NCBI GenBank assembly: GCA_018398765.1
Contig: JAHBMJ010000398.1
Coordinates: 1-48,787 of the forward strand
DNA length: 48,787 nt
From: Chromera velia
Taxonomy: Eukaryota
Reading direction: 5' to 3'
Positions 1 to 13,081 of this stretch are shown here, one piece after another; the stretch's first letter is position 1, and the number at the start of each line of letters is the position of its first letter. Under the pieces are notes generated by a model. The model made no database searches, was not told where the DNA came from, and saw only the letters and a program-made list of their open reading frames with translations. The translations under genes were made by a program, and so were the position numbers.

Positions 1-795
1 TAAAACACTTGCCTACAGGTGTATCGTGAAAATCTCAAGTTCTTGGCCAAACGCCGCCTCGAGAACAGGTACAATTAGTGTTACCTTAGAAATGGAGTTA
101 CTTCAGACAGCTGTAACGTATGTCCTAACCGTCTCCGCACTGTGCTAGTAGGCGGCAGCACTGTGTTCAGTGGAAGAGCAGTCCTTCTACTCGAAATCTC
201 ACATGCCTGTATCTCAGTACGCATGTATAGATAGACGGATGTATGCCAATTCGATACTAAATACACGTACGGCGCGAAAAATCAATACATCTCGGCATGG
301 CTCAAACACCACCCCGTGAACGATCGGTCGCGTGTACAATTTAAAATCGTCCTGGCACAGGCCGCAGTACCAATGCACACACTCTCAATCCTGACATGCC
401 AAACGATATTAATACATGACAATATGGAAGAGAGCACACGCAACTGTTTTTACACTGAGCTATAGAACAGATAAGAACAGATTAATTGTGAACAAGAGTG
501 AAAAAAAGAGAGGAATGCATATAATTAACTGATGCATGCAGTCTGACTGACTGCTCGAGTCAGTCATGCATACAGTCGGTTCATTTGACAGACTGATCGA
601 GCTACTTAGTCTGAGTATAGCGGTAGCTTTCCAAGTATATAAACACCACCCGGCAGTAGACAGTCTCTAAGATAACCGAAGCTATCATTGCCTTTGCTAC
701 ATGAAGTTCCAAGACGAAATCTCACATTGACAACTGCATCACTGGGGTCAACTCGACGGCACCAGTTCAGTTCCATCAGTCAAAAAGCACCCACC

Positions 796-1232
796 ATGCA
801 AAAGATATGGCGCGGTGCAACAGATTCGTCCATGCTAAGCGTTCAGTCCTATGAGGACATGGAGGGACTGCTAATTAATCTGGGAGTGGTGGCAGCGCTT
901 CTGTAAGTGCATTCTTACGAGACTTCTCTTTTAATTGTTACGCAACGGCCATGTTGTTTGCAAGTCAACTTTTATGTTCTGTATGTGCACGTGGACATAC
1001 ACAGACATGCACGCATGCATGCAGACATATACACACACACACACACACATATATATACATACACAGACATACACACGCGTGCCGACGCGCGTGCGCACAC
1101 ACACCTGCACACACCTGCACACACCTACACACACCTGCACATACCTGCACGCACCTGCACACATCTGCACCCATGTACACACATGCACACACACACACAT
1201 GCATGCACGCACGCACACACACACACACATAG

Positions 1233-1303
<71 letters not shown>

Positions 1304-1305
1304 TA

Positions 1306-1346
<41 letters not shown>

Positions 1347-1396
1347 ATATATACATACATACACACACACATATATACACACGTACGCAGACGCAG

Positions 1397-1450
<54 letters not shown>

Positions 1451-1479
1451 GCACATACACATACACATACATACACACA

Positions 1480-1521
<42 letters not shown>

Positions 1522-1644
1522 TACGCATACGTACGCATATACACACACATACATATACACACACACACATATACACATATACACACATACACATACACAC
1601 ATATATACACACACACACGCACATGCACACACACATACACACAC

Positions 1645-1721
<77 letters not shown>

Positions 1722-2703
1722 TACACATACATACACATATATCTGCTTGGACAAGTAAAGTCTGCACAGCTTCGTAGTCGCAACATGGGTCGCTTTTCGG
1801 CCCAACGAATTTGATCACGGTAGCTTCAGGGCGTACTTCTCATCGCCCACAGCCAAGGGGGGAAACTTTCCGGATTTTGTCAACACGACACTCCACAAAA
1901 TAGACGGTTTCCCTTGGGAACTAGACATGGGCAATGGCGAAGCATACAAGATTGCAGACGGTCTAGCAGCGTGGAAGGAGAAGGCGGAGGCGATTGGGAA
2001 TAATCTGGACAGCGTTAATCACCAAAGATACTTTAAAGATATCCAGGTCATCTTCTCGGTGATTGTGGAGTACTTTTTCCTGTATAAATTCCAAGCATGG
2101 GAGGTGCTGCACTCTCCTGACAGCCCGCCTCGCTTTCTACTGCGTGACGCCGCTGAGTGGGACTTCACTCAGTGACACTCCTTTGGTTTTCAGTCCCTGG
2201 GTTGTGCCTCATTTCTTCTGCTGGCTCTGGCTCTGTTTGACTCTATCGCGCTCTACATAACGTTTACCGCGTCCAAGGTGAGAGAGGACTCAGCAGTCAT
2301 TGCCGAATGGTTGAAGATGAGTCGCATAGCGATGTGGTTTGGTTATTGCCTGATGCTGCTCGGTCTGGTGGCGTTTGTATTTCAAGTGGCGGTGGTAGCC
2401 GCGCAGATCTCGGCAAATATACCTGCAATGTTCTTTTTTATGATGGTCCACTGGATGTACTGTATGTATTTACCAACGTTCATTGGCATTTTTTTGTTCG
2501 CTGGAATCACTTTGATGAAACTAAATCGCATATGCTGTTTTAAGTGCAATCAATCTCTCTCTCTGAGGTTGTTGGCGTTAACGAAAACGACATTACAGAG
2601 CAGCAGCACAAGCAGCAGAGGGAAGAGGAGGAAGAAGAGGAGAAGGCCACTCATACTGAAAGAGGGGGACGCCGCTGCGGTGCCCTCACTCGACCTACTA
2701 TAG
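796..2703 (+). CDS. Multi-pass membrane protein of unknown function (spliced: 796-902, 1770-2103, 2194-2703)
   Basis: ATG 796 (MQKIW...EGLLINLGVVAALL). Donor ct|gtaagt at 903 and acceptor gcacag at 1769 join in frame to FVVATWVAF... An in-frame TGA (2173-2175) is removed by a 90-nt GT-AG intron 2104-2193 with a pyrimidine-rich acceptor. Several hydrophobic segments follow (ASFLLLALALF, IAMWFGYCLMLLGLVAFVF, LPTFIGIFLFAGITL). The C-terminus may be frameshifted (alternative end 2756). Confidence 0.6.
995..1742. repeat. Long imperfect (CA)n/(CATA)n microsatellite in intron 1 of the membrane protein gene
   Basis: About 750 bp of acacac/acatac repeats seen directly. It generates the overlapping HT/CV-rich spurious ORFs. 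Confidence 0.97.
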
Positions 2704-3649
2704 TGACGCAAGAAAATGAAGGTATCGACATTGCTGTACGAGTGGCATGGCCCTAGTGGGCCTAGCCATGCGTGTATGCATCCTCTAACTAAGTAACGAA
2801 CTTACTAACTAACTAATAATGATGCTAATAATGACGAGTCAGATGGCGAGGTACTAAATCAAGTGTATCGGTCTGTAGATTGATGAATTGCTAGATCAAT
2901 TGATTGATGTAGTGACTGATTGATTCATTGTTTCAATTTGATTGTCAATGATTGATGAGTATTGTAGATAAAGGGGGGGGGGTCCAGTAAAATGAAAGAA
3001 AACGATGTTGAAATTTACAGTTGAATGTTGAAGCAAACTAATGATCTCGAAATTTTATTGAAAGCAAAGGAAATTAAGAAAAATGAGGTAAAATATGAAG
3101 TAATTAAAACAAATAATTAAATCTGAGGTTAATGATACCGTTAATTAGTTAATGCATTGGTCCGTTTTAAAATATTTTAAAAGCAGGTTATAATACCGTC
3201 AGACAGTCTTATACAGTTTTTTAATACATAGTTCTCAACTATTCTTAACGGCCTGAGATCAAACTTAATTTTCAATTCTCTAAGGGGTACTATAAGGGGG
3301 TATCCATAACACCAGGAAAAGTACGAAAGGGAAAAGCCGGGGCCCAGGTAAGCCTTGGGGGGAGGGGGGGGGGGGTGAGACAAGAGTCCCGGAAGATACT
3401 AAAATTAATTATGATACATCTCTACATTATTTTCATGTATCGTCATTGGAGTAACTAGTAGTAACAAATTATCCCAAATTGTTTAAACAAAACCACTACG
3501 TACCTGGGGGACTTTAGTAAACTTTAGCCCTGTTGATCCCCGTTGAAGCTCAACCTGCAGACCCAGTGTAGAGATTCCATATCATGCAGACTTGATTTAG
3601 TATTAATTAGTTAATAAAGAGTGCAAGGGACTGAAACCACCAATTAAAG

Positions 3650-3750
3650 CCACGGAGGCGGCGCCGAAGGGCGGCGCGCACCCACCTTTGCATGCATTGG
3701 GTTCGTTTTGGGCCGCGCCGCCCGGGCCGGGCCCGCCGACCGCGATGCAT
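3650..3750. promoter_or_regulatory. GC-rich promoter core with TGCATGCA motif upstream of gene 2
   Basis: A GC-rich island (ggcggcgccgaagggcggcgcg; gggccgcgccgcccgggccgggcccgcc) sits at the edge of AT-rich intergenic DNA about 400 bp before ATG 4135. It contains tgcatgca (~3689), a motif known as an ApiAP2 site in apicomplexans. Confidence 0.4.
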
Positions 3751-4134
3751 TCCTCCTTTCATCTTTGCGATCGCTGGGCCTTGAGACCCAACATTTCCCA
3801 ACAATTGAGCTTTCCCGGTACGGCAGACAATTGCTCTCTGGATCTCTCTGGCTTTCTTACCAGATTTAATGGAGCTGCAAGTGTCTGTGTCCACTCTTAT
3901 TTTACAGTCTCCTTGGTGAGTGGACTGTTGATTGTTTTTCTAATTTAAGTAAGGGAGTCAGTCAGACTGATTCTTTTTTTTGTGCGTCAACCTCGGTAAT
4001 GGCGCTCGCAGTCTCCTGCTTGAATGCTTCCATGACCAGCCTGCTTTCTTGATTCTTCTCAGTGGAAAAGTTAGTCGTGCGATCCGACGTATTTCCGCTG
4101 GTATCGTTGCTCCGTTGTCGCTGATTCCTTCAGT

Positions 4135-7100
4135 ATGGAGAAAGAAGGAAGGGAGGGCAACGGAGGGGCCCGTGGGAAAAAGCCAGACGGAGACGGGAGA
4201 GATGGGGGCGGACAAAAGAAAAAGGAAAGGAACAGTCTCAACAATCTCATGCAAAGGGTTTTTGCCTTGCAGAAAAAGAGGAGTCACGAAGGTGATGGAC
4301 ATCACGGAGCACCTGGAGGGGGCGGTGCTCCCGCAGACAAGGAGACGGAAAGAAAAAACAAAAAAATGAGAGAGACCACCCGCGACACCGAGCTTGACGA
4401 CATTGAATCTGACACCGAGGCAGACCACCACCCCGGTGGTCAGAAAAGGAGACCACCTCCGTTACGTCCATTCGACTCACAGCGAGAGAAAGAACCTCCG
4501 CTGCCTTCCGAGACTCTCGACCCGAAAAGCCGTCGCACCCAGCACCATGAGCCCCCCCCTTTAAAAAGCAAGCCGGTTCCAACTCGAGAGAGGAGGCAAG
4601 AGGAGGGGGGTGTGAGGGGTGACCCGGGGGCTTTCGTTCATCCAAGTGTCTCAGGGGAGGTGGTGGGGCGTGAAGAGCGGATGGAGAGGGATAAGAAGGG
4701 AAGCCGGGGTCGGGCTTCGTCTCCTGTGGGGGGAAGAGGGTTCTCTCGTTCGCACTCCCGTGGAAGGGAAAGGGACAGTCCGCTAAGAGGGCGAGGGGGA
4801 GAAGAGAGTTCCTGTGAGTCAGAAGGGGGCAGGGGGGGGGCTGACAGAAATGGGAGTCACAGCAGGGGTGCTAGCGCTGTGGTTCGCGGGCGGGGGATGG
4901 TTGAGGGCTCCTCGAAGCTTCGTGGGCGGCGCGAGGGCTCCGGGGATTCTGACGAAATGTCCGTGCGAGACAGGGACAAAGAGAGGGAAAGGGATCGTGA
5001 CAGGGGCCGGGAGAGGGAAAGAGGGGAGGGAGCTGCTGCTGCTGCTGCAGCTTCCTCTTCGGCTCCTTCTGTCCCTGCTGTGAACCCTTTTGCCAAACGG
5101 AACTTGTCGGATTTGTCCTCGACCGAGCAGGAAGCTGTGCACGAGTATGTGTGCAAAATTTGGTTGTTCTTATACCTTTCTGGAAAGCCTGAGGGGATAG
5201 ACAAGATCGGAGGCAATCTCTCTCAGTGGAAACCGAAGAGAGTGCCCAAAGGGATCTTCGTCAGTCTGTTTCTTGTTTCACAGTGTGTTCGGTAAACGCG
5301 TTGATAAAATGTACTTACGGAAGTTTCTCCGGGAACTCTGTCTCATTTTCTTGTTTTTCTGTTAACATTAGATGAGTCGCGGAGTTCGATAGAAAGCTCT
5401 CGTGTGCGACAAGGGTTGGGAGGAGAAAAGGAAAACAGGCAGCGGGAGGGGGGAACGAACAGTGAGGTATTCTTCAACAAACTGATTTTGTTCATTTGCT
5501 GTCTGCTGCCACCAACTTATTTTTGCTCCGGTTTTGATTAGTAAATTGTTTTTTTCTTAATGGGAAGGTGTGGACGTGTCATAGTGTGAGGACGCATGTG
5601 TGGAGACGCACACTCACAATCATTGAGTAGCTCCTGCTCTATCTCCTTGAAATGAAGGGTGCATGTGAGCACGCTGAGAGTATGCACGTTGGGGTCATGT
5701 GAGTGCAAGCAAACACACCTTTCATGTACACACACACACACATATATGTGTGTGTGTATGTGTGTGTGTGTGCGCGCGTGTCTATCTTGTCTGTCTCCAC
5801 TGCGTGCAGATGCAAGTTGTGACGGACTACGCCGGCCTGTTCCTCACGGTCCAGATTGCGAGCCTTCCCCATCGGGTCTGTGAGATCACAATGAGGGCCG
5901 ACAAGAGGAACACGGAAGACATCGTGAGGAGGAGCGAGACTGTGAGTCACTCGTTTTCTGCTTTTCTTTTCTGTTCACACTTTTGTTTGCTGAAAAAAGA
6001 AGTGCATGGAAAATGCATTTTTCGTCTCTCAATTGGTCCCGCTTGGTGCGATGAGCAAAATTTTGATTCTCTTTCTCGTACATACAGACACACATAAATA
6101 GAGAGGCGGGGAGGCAGAGAGAAAAGAAAAGGGCCACGGTCCCTCGGCGTCTTCCATCGCCCAGTATCGCTCGATCGGCTTCTCGTCTCTCTATGCAGGC
6201 CTGCCTCCTCTGCCCCCCATTTTTGCGCTCCCCTTTGATATTCCCTCGGTCTGCGCGCATCCACGTCGCCTTTCACCTTTCCTCTTTGTCCGATGTGGCA
6301 TCCCGTGCTTGTTGACTGTCTTCATCCGGTCCATGCCCCTCCCTTTTTCTTTTCGTTTAAGCAGATGACCAGAAGCGACGCTGCGAATGGCGCCGCCCTG
6401 GCCTGTGTGTTCAACAGCTACTCGAAGCAGAACTGGGAAGAGCTCCACGCCGCTCTTGTAGAAGCAGGGAGGGAGGGGGGTGCAGGTTGGAGAAAGTTCC
6501 AAGAGAGCCTGGAACGAAAACCTAGATGGTTGGTTGACCCCCAGAACCTGAATCTAGATTTGACAATGCGGGATGAGGCAAAGGGGAAGGAAGAGACGGA
6601 GGCTGCTGCAACCAAAGGAAGGGAGAGGGAGGAGAAGAGGGAAAGGGGAAGGGAAACCCTAGTTTCACTTTCCGCCCGTCATCACCGGCACCCGACTGAT
6701 GGTTGGGGAGATGGAGGACTTCCCACGGAGTTCCCCCCTCCCCCCACGATTCTTCGTGTAGAACCTCTCCGTCTCCCTTCGCCTGCCAATTCCGCCGCTG
6801 TGTCCCACCATTCTCTTTTCGCATTGAGGGCCCACGAACGTTCAACGGGCCAGGCCAAGAGGGTGCGCAATGCGCTTTCTTCCGATCGCAGTGCTATCGA
6901 CAGCCCCCCATCCGGCCAACCCATCAGAAGCGGTGCGGGCCCACATTCATCTGCTGCTGCTGATTCGCCAGAGAGCTTTGCAGCCGGCAGATCTGCTCGG
7001 TCACAACTTCCGCCTCACCCCGCAGAGGGTCTCTCGAAGCAACCCGAAAGTTCACCCCGTCGCGTCACCCTCAAAAGCCGACGGAATCCGTTCACAGCCG

Positions 7101-10100
7101 TCTCGGCCTCCACGGTCTCACGTCCCCCATCGTACGATCTCATTCCCACACACGCAGAGGCGTCTTCCTCTTCTCATAAACAGCGGGAAGAGCAACACAG
7201 GGGTGGTACTATCGATCTCCTGAGACTTGCCGCCTCTCGTGACCGAAGGCGCGGATCCCCATCGCGACAGAGCAGCAGACACCGTGACCGCTCTCGTTCT
7301 CGCTCCAGATCGAACGGGAAAGCCCCGGCTTCGTCGTCCGATTTGGATTTGGACAGCCTCCTTGGTTCAGACTCAGATGCCTCCCCCCGTAGTGAAGTCC
7401 GCCCACTCTCATACAGAGAGAAAAGGGAGGCAACGGAGATCCTTAAGAGGACAATATCGAAATGGAAGTCACCAGAGAATCCCGATAAGCCTAAAGAGAT
7501 CTCCTTCCCCCCCCCTCCCCCTGCCTCCTGGAACCGTGATTGGACTGATCAGCATCGCCAAGCCTGTCGTGAGTGGGCGTGTAAAATCTGGATTGCTCTG
7601 TTCTACTGTCAAGAGCCAACGGCCACATGCAAGTTGGGCGCCGTCCTGGGAACAAAAACACCCCACCTTCCGATTCAGGGAGCTGGTCATCTGGTTGGTC
7701 TTCTTTCCGCTCTTTTCTTTTCATGTGGGGGGGGCTTCTTTTTTCTGCATCTGGTTCCTCTCAGTCTCTCTGTCTGTCTATTCATATCTATCTGCCTGTC
7801 TGTCCTAGCTGCCTACGTTTCTTTTTGGTTTCTCTCTTTCTTTTTCTTTTTTTTGTCCCTTCTCTTGTTTTCTTCCTTCATTCCTTCCTTCCTTCGGTCG
7901 GTCCATTTATCCTGATTGCCTACCCCTTTCTCTGTCCCTTCTCTCCTCCCCCCCTTCACTTTCTCTTTTTCTTCTCCACCCATCTCTGTTTGTGTGTGCC
8001 CCTTTCTCTCGCCTCCTCGTCGGCCCGCGTTTCCCTTTGTGCTCTTTCTTCTTTCCTCTTTCGGTGTGCGCAGAAGAGTTTCATCCAACTGAACGCGCAC
8101 CTGTTCAGAGTCACTCGTGACGACAAAACAGACGGAGCACACCCCTACGTTGGCCTCGTTGCGTCAAGCGCCAAACCTGGGACGGAGGTGAGTGATCAAG
8201 TGTCAACAGTCAAGCAATCCTTGTTTCTTGCTTGACTCTTTTCCTGTTTTCATGTATTCATTCCTTCCTTCCTCCCTTCCTTCCTTCCTTCCTTCCTTTC
8301 CTTCTTTCTTTCGTTCTTTCGATTCTGTGGCAGCTGGTTCGAAGATATTGCCAGAAAGCAAGATAAAATGCCCGTGCCGCCCCCTTTTGTCCTGCAGATT
8401 TGCGATCCCAGAGACCTGAAGGATATGAAGGCGGCCCTCGGAGACGTGTACGCCCGCTTCGTTCGCCCTTCAGATTGGGATGCTCTGTGGGCATTGCTTG
8501 AGACAGGGGCGTCGGCAGGGGCAGACGGGGAGACCTCTGGTCGTCTTCTGTCCCGCGTGGAGGAGGTTTTTCACTTCCCTAGGAAAGCCCTGGAGATACT
8601 AGGGCGGGGAGGGGAAGAAACGGACAGAGAGGAGCTTCCATCCACCCATCTCCCATCGTCCCACAATCCTCGTCCGTCTGTCCGATCAGGAGGTAATGCA
8701 GTCCCCATCATCTACAACACCTTTGCGGGGGCAGACAAGAAGAGGCCGAGGTTCCTAGCGTCTGCCTCCAGAACTTCCGATCCCGAAATGAACAGAGGGA
8801 TGTCAGACGACACAGTCACAGGCTCGTCTCAAGAGACGGGGGCAGGACTGTCCCAGGAGACGGGCATGTCCCAAGAGACAGACCTGTCTCAGGAATCGTC
8901 TCAGGAGACGGGGCTGTCTCAAGAGACAGGAGGAGAATCGTCTCAAGAGACGGGGGCAGAAATGTCTCAGGCAAGCAATCAGGGTCAGACCCCCGCAGAA
9001 GGGGGCTCGCAGCGTCAGTCCTGCCAGGACGGAGGTGCGCAGGTGGAGGGGGGAAGGAAGAAGGCGAAGGTGGTTCGTGTCAAAGAGGAGGAAGAAGACG
9101 ATGACCCCCCCGGTCCGTCTGCTAGCCTCCCGTGGTTCCCTAGTTCAGCCGAAGATGCCTTCAACCTCTTTCAGGCCGCCCCTGCTCCTCCGCCCCCTCC
9201 ACACAACTGCGAAAAGGAGAGAGAAAACACAGCGCCACCTGTTCTACAAGAAGAGCAAGGAGGGAAAGGAAAAGCAGCTCTGCCCCCTCCAATCGAACGA
9301 GACAAAGAAAGAGAAGGAGAAGGAGGGTCGGCAGTCTTTTCCAATGACTCTGAGTTGCCACTTGTAAAGAGAGAACATGTGAGTCCTTGTCCCAGATCAA
9401 GGGAAGTAGAGGGGGGAGGAAGGAATGCAGGACGCTTGAGCCTCTTTCCTCCGAGGGACGATGACACGTCGACTGTGGGGGAAAAGGAGGGGCGGAAGGA
9501 CGAGAAGGAGGAGGAAGAGGAAAAGAGACGGCAGAGAGAGAGACAAGAGGAAGAGGAAAGGAAGACGCAGGAGAAGAGACGGCAGAGAGACAGGCAAGAA
9601 GAAGAGAAGAGAAAGGAGGAGGAGAAAAGGCGGCAGAGGGAGAGAGAAGAGGAAGAGGAGAAGAAACGACAGAGAGAAAGGGAAGAGAGTGAAGAAAGGA
9701 AAGAACAGGAAAAGCGACGGCAGAGGGAGAGAGAAGAGGAAGAGAAAGAGGGCGAGAGGCAAAGGCGCCCAAAAGTTCTTCTCGTAAGAGCGCCCAGGGA
9801 GAGAGAAAGCTCGCGTCCTCAGGTAGGTTTGACGAGGCAAGAGAAGGAAACCCATCCCCAAGAATCTCAGGAAAGGCAGCAAGAAGAGAGGCCTTCACAA
9901 GAGAAGGAAAGGCGTCCCGAGCGCCCAAAGGTAGTCCTTGTGAAGAGTTCGACTCCCCGATCCTCTTCTTCATCCTCTTCCTCCTCTTCCTCTTCTTCCG
10001 CTGCCCCATCTGGTGCTCCGGTTGCTCAGGCTGTTGTGTCAGAGAGAGACAGAGAGGAGGGTCAGAAGAGGAAGTCGACATACAAGAACGAGAGTGGGGG

Positions 10101-10353
10101 GGGAAAGGAAGTTCCCGATGATGTTGAAATGCTCCCAGTAGATTCCCCCGCTGTGTCAGATGCCGAGTGTCTGATTACAAAGCAGCTTCCAGGCCGGCAA
10201 AAGAACAAACCCAAACCCAAGCCAATCACCCCACCAAATGATGAACCGCCCCTCAGAGCAGTCTTCGACCTCCCAAGGGGCCGCCCTACTCAGTCTGGCA
10301 GGCCTCCTGCCGGTCTCACGGTCTCTTTCAAGGTCGGAAAAACGAACCCTTGA
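4135..10353 (+). CDS. ~1550-aa largely disordered protein with two copies of a LOTUS/OST-HTH-like module (exons 4135-5259, 5810-5941, 6365-7693, 8074-8187, 8398-10353)
   Basis: All four introns are GT-AG and phase 0, and give one open frame ending at TGA 10353. It has RS/RD/RE-rich, E/R/K coiled and S-rich tracts. Two related folded blocks: EAVHEYVCKIWLFLY..KIGGNL..KGIF|MQVVTDYAGLF and QACREWACKIWIALF..KLGAVL..GAGHL|KSFIQLNAHLF. Confidence 0.8.
8827..8970 (+). repeat. Coding tandem repeat encoding an SQE(T) cluster
   Basis: Repeated tctcaagagacggg-like units encode SSQETGAGLSQETGMSQETDLSQESSQETGLSQETGGESSQETGAEMSQ (8 SQ motifs). Confidence 0.85.
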
Positions 10354-12118
10354 AAGCTTAGGAGGATGTCAACATCGTTTATGGGATGGGGCGATGGCGG
10401 CGACAGGCGTAGAAAGGAGAAAGGAGGGATCGATCAAAGCTTGCTTGCTGTTCTGTTGGGACATGCATGTCTTCTGACCGACCTGTATGATGTGAATGAA
10501 TCTTCTGAGCTCGCAGAGCCAGGAAGAAAGAAGTTTTTTTTTTTGGTTGTGAGTGGGTTGGCATCGGGGACTTTGGGGCGTTTCTGCTGTCGTTTTGATT
10601 TTTCGTTCGAACTAATCTCCCTCCTGTTTGTCAGACGAAACGTTGGTGAGAATTATGAATGGTGTCCAACGTGGAGAGCCTTCAAGAAGCAAGAGACTGA
10701 TCGAATGACAGGGCATGCAATGTGCTGATCAAGTCATGTGGTAGCATCGCACTCCTGCTTCCTCTTCTTCCTTCCTTTCTTCTCTTTTCTGTTCCCTCTT
10801 GTATCCCACCTGTGGATCGATTCCTCTCTGTTCTCTTCCTGGCATGCATGGTTCCATCTTTCTCTCCCTCAGCGTCATGCTTCTGAATATTCGATGATGG
10901 GGGGTGGGGTGGAAGGGGACGGGGAGGCCTTGCTTGCATGTGTGACTAGAAGGGTGTGCGCGTGCAGAACTTTTTCTGTAAGGAGGTAGAGGTAGTGAGA
11001 GAGAGACTGCGTGCTTGTCGAATGTATGGTAGGTGGGTGTTTGCGGGGGGCGCAGGAACGCAGGCAAGGCGTCAGGTGCTCAGCTACCTCGAATCCAATC
11101 GATTTAACTTATTTAATTGGGAATTACTGGTAGTCAATTGATGACGTGCACGTCTGAAGGAAGAGGGGCAGGAAAGATGGAGGAAGGAAGGAGGGCCTGT
11201 CCTCCTTTGAAGCTTCGTGCCAGGGTTTCCTTTGGCGTTGTAGGTTGATTGATGCCTCTCCCAAAAGATGGATGAATCATCGTCTCTCCCTCCTACCTCC
11301 ACCGTCTGACCATCCTGTCTGTCTCTTCATGCATAGTCCTGGAGAATTGCTGACACGTCTTTCTTGCGAAGGTTCTATCAAGAGAATCTAGAAGCAGGCT
11401 CGTACTCAAGATTCGTGCTACTGCAAAAAGAGGGGAAAGGAAAGTGTTGATCGCAATCGATTCGGAAAAACAGGGGGGAGAGAGAGGGGCTTCTGGGACG
11501 AATGGGGGGTCGAGGTGCACTGGCACGGCTTTTTTTTCTTCTCACTCATGTGTTGATTAAAGCAGTGTAGCGTGGCATCCTAGAAAATAACAACTTTTCC
11601 CTGCCTAACGTTAGAAGTATCCAGCTAGCTCTGGATATGGATGACGATGGCGCGTCATAGTCATAGTCATAGTCGCTCATCTGTGAAAACACGTCTCCTC
11701 GTTAAGAAAGTCAACAGCGTCCGCTGAGACTCTGCCTGCATGTGTATGCAGGGAATGACACACCGGATGCTCAGGATGGATCTGTCCACACGAAAAGACA
11801 GGAAAAGAAAGCCCGTTGAAGGGTGGGCATCATTGGGGAGATGCTGCAATGGGTGAGGCGGGTAATCCTCTATTCGCATCATCCCGTCGAAAGCAAATGC
11901 AAATGATGAGGATAGAGAGAGATCTTTTTGACGGCGCGCTTACTCTTCTTATCGCACTTTCTCCTCTCCTTCTGCTCGTGTCCTTCTCTTCAATGTGTTT
12001 TGATTCGATCAAAATTGTCGAAAACAAAAGGAAGATCGATGCAGTGTCTGACTGAACATGTATACATTCTGATCGATTTTGCTCCCACTTTTTCCCACCC
12101 CCCATCTCCACAACCTCC

Positions 12119-12167
12119 TCTAGCTTTAGCTCTAGCTTTAGCTCTAGCTCTCTCTCAGAGTCTCTCC

Positions 12168-12220
<53 letters not shown>

Positions 12221-12222
12221 TC
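12119..12222. repeat. Compound microsatellite (tagct(c/t))n, (TC)n, (TTTC)n
   Basis: Seen directly in the sequence. Confidence 0.85.
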
Positions 12223-13048
12223 ACAGGAATTAATTAACACGTTGATGCCTCTTATTTTGAATTTGCCTCTAGATTTTTGTTGATCAAAACTTTAAAAAAA
12301 TTGATCTGTCAGTCGATCTAGTTTATACTCTAGTTTTAATTGTTGGTGTTTTGATCCAGAAAGCCTAACTTGCTTGGTCACCAAATAATGGTATTAATCC
12401 TAGACTAGATCCTTGAGCTTTCATTCTATTATAACTTTACTAGTAACCGTTTTTTAATTTGACTGTTCAAATTTTGTTAAGGGATAAAGAATAAAGGATT
12501 AATTTATTGGTGCCTGCATGCAAGCACTAACGCTGTTTCGTTTTTGTTGGTCATTTGTTTAAAGGCTAGTCTAAAAGTCAAAAAAATAGCATCTAATAGC
12601 ATCATAGTACTGACACGAAGTGACAGAAAGAATCTTATTGGCCCGTGACCCGTGGGGGAAAAAAAGGACACAGAAACAGAGGAGTCCGTCTCCGTCCTTT
12701 CTGTTCCCCCTGAAGTATTTGTTTTTTCCCTTTCCTTCTCGTTTCCCCCTCCACTCAGGCGTGCCAGTGCTGTTCTGGCGCTTTGATCGGTCATGGGGAT
12801 CCTCTTCTGGGTGAAATGCAGGTAGTCCTCGATCGTCTCAAGGGTGGGATAGAGAACGTGTTGTAACTCAGCCTGTAAGAGAACTACCAGATGAAGCAAA
12901 AGCCTGTTTGCTTAGAGGTGGAACCCCATGCCTGTCAGGCTCCCATCGATTCAACTTGCCCCAGTGGGGCCTAAGTCGAAAGTTTAACTCTATATATGAC
13001 GCTCTAGGTTGGCTAGAGTCTATACGGCTCACCGGTTTTAACCCCATA

Positions 13049-13081
<33 letters not shown>
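13049..13081. repeat. (CAT)n microsatellite
   Basis: About 11 CAT units in intergenic DNA. Confidence 0.9.

Noticed and set aside
907..1818. Several 220-295 aa His/Thr- or Cys/Val-rich ORFs on both strands
   Set aside because: They are translations of a stop-free (CA)n microsatellite inside an intron.
2173..2175. Selenocysteine TGA
   Set aside because: There is no redox motif context, no SECIS could be identified by eye, and a frame-preserving intron can remove the codon.
9161..10081. Antisense ORFs over GA-rich exons (also 36050-37084 and 33233-34078)
   Set aside because: They are shadow frames of GC-rich, low-complexity coding sequence on the opposite strand.
13049..13081. Poly-His ORF 12908-13126
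   Set aside because: It is a (CAT)n microsatellite in intergenic DNA with no other sign of coding.
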